The notes under the pieces are model-generated. The model did not search any database and was not told the DNA's origin. It was given only the letters and a program-made list of their open reading frames with translations. From NCBI GenBank assembly GCA_964538885.1, contig CAZIHR010000018.1, forward strand, positions 9,811-73,810: a stretch of DNA of 64,000 nucleotides, given 5' to 3'. How positions within the stretch are numbered: the stretch's first letter is position 1; every line of letters begins with the position of its first letter. The DNA comes from an uncultured Nitrosopumilaceae archaeon (lineage in GTDB: Archaea; Thermoproteota; Nitrososphaeria; Nitrososphaerales; Nitrosopumilaceae). The position numbers and the translations under genes are program-made. Shown piece by piece: positions 63,044 to 64,000 of this stretch.

Positions 63044-64000
63044 CTATTTGTAGTATATTTCTGGTTTGATGGGAATGCCCAACACGTTTGCCATTTTTGA
63101 GCATACTTGTAGCATGAGAACTTTGGGAAATTTATTCGTCGACGGATATATGTCTAGGACAAGTGTAGATGTAGTATCGGTTCTTGGTTTTACATGTGTT
63201 CTTGTTTTGTGAAAGATGTCGCATAGTGATACAACTACTGCTATCTTTTTGATAATTTTCTTGTCGTCTCCATTTAGAATATCTTTGAATTTGTCCATCA
63301 ACATCTCTGCTTTTTTCTTCTTTTGTGAATAGATCAGTGACAGTGCGACAATCAACTGTTCCCTGTGTGACAGCTCACTATCTTCATCTAGCATCGTGTA
63401 TAGTATATTGTTTACATCTCTAAACGCGGAGAGCCTGTTAATCTGTAGTATTGCTTCTGCCAGTAAAATTCTCTCTTTATTAGTTAACAGGTTCATTGTA
63501 AAAAGCAGTTGTACCAGATCCTCGACATACTCTGAAACGATACTAGACTGGCATGACATGTGAATCAGATCACGTACATGATCCACATCTATAGTGTGGG
63601 TGGCAAAGTCATCTGGGAATTGGAGTGAAAGGGACAATGTGCCCTCGCGCAGACCTTGTGCACTGATTACGAGCGACGTAAATCCCAACTTTCTTACAAT
63701 CTCTGAAATTATCAATGCCCCCACCTGAATAATGTGAGTGTTGCCTCCTACAATCGATTCAATCCTCGATATGTCTTTGGATGTACCTGACAGCAATTCA
63801 TCTGAGATTGATTTTAGTGATTCGTATGACATGGAATAGTTGTGTACCTTTGAGAGTGGATAGTGTATCATCTGTTGGTGGTACTTTGCTATCTTTCGTA
63901 ACGTGCCTCCAACACCTACTAGCACATGATCAATACCATCAGAAATTCCCAGAGCCTCTCTTGTAGGCAGGCTCTCATTTATGTGAGACTGCATCATTGA
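63044..64000 (-). CDS. ppx: Ppx/GppA-family exopolyphosphatase (C-terminal ~318 aa; 5' end beyond the right window edge)
   Basis: The ORF is open to position 64000. HVLVGVGGTLRKIAK, GGNTHIIQVGALIISEIVRKLGFTSLVISAQGLREGTL (the end of the actin-like ATPase domain) is followed by a helical HD-like domain. Confidence 0.8.
   Translation of the reverse strand, partial: SMMQSHINESLPTREALGISDGIDHVLVGVGGTLRKIAKYHQQMIHYPLSKVHNYSMSYESLKSISDELLSGTSKDISRIESIVGGNTHIIQVGALIISEIVRKLGFTSLVISAQGLREGTLSLSLQFPDDFATHTIDVDHVRDLIHMSCQSSIVSEYVEDLVQLLFTMNLLTNKERILLAEAILQINRLSAFRDVNNILYTMLDEDSELSHREQLIVALSLIYSQKKKKAEMLMDKFKDILNGDDKKIIKKIAVVVSLCDIFHKTRTHVKPRTDTTSTLVLDIYPSTNKFPKVLMLQVCSKMANVLGIPIKPEIYYK

Noticed and set aside
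1-64000. CRISPR arrays, rRNA genes and prophage-like gene sets
   Set aside because: I found no regularly spaced short direct repeats, no rRNA-like GC-rich conserved stretches, and no capsid, terminase or integrase-like ORFs anywhere in the window.

Overview
This is an archaeal chromosomal segment. It carries TBP, TFB, aIF1/SUI1, Rpo3, eL18, eL43, the exosome genes Rrp4/41/42, SBDS, prefoldin beta, XPF and Nob1. There are three tRNAs, one with a canonical 37/38 intron. TATA-like boxes sit 25-30 nt upstream of start codons, which fits leaderless mRNAs. Moderate AT-richness, F420 (cofE), siroheme/Ahb heme genes and many secreted repeat proteins fit a Nitrososphaerota (Thaumarchaeota)-like genome, but that assignment is inference. 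Most of the window is tightly packed housekeeping: the rpoD-L18e-L13-S9 operon, the SBDS/exosome/L37Ae/Pcc1/prefoldin superoperon, two aconitase-family dehydratase pairs, sufB-sufD-Rieske-sufS-sufU, hemA/sirC/ahbAB and pgk. About 19.6-28.3 kb looks accessory. It holds a decayed IS481-like element, a GC-rich transposase fragment, a Cys-rich micro-ORF, secreted repeat proteins and several unknown ORFs. The most interesting locus is at the right end (60.7-64.0 kb). There a Ppx/GppA exopolyphosphatase is followed by two translationally coupled thymidylate-kinase-like P-loop paralogs, one with a degenerate Walker A, and a CHAD-domain protein. I interpret this as a polyphosphate module in which the Tmk-like pair is a candidate non-PPK1/PPK2 polyphosphate kinase. 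Several conserved ORFs under 60 aa are missing from the ORF track and were found by hand translation: Sec61beta, a zinc ribbon, a C2H2-like finger and a CxC-rich peptide. No rRNA or CRISPR array was seen. All family assignments come from motif recognition by eye, with no searches run.
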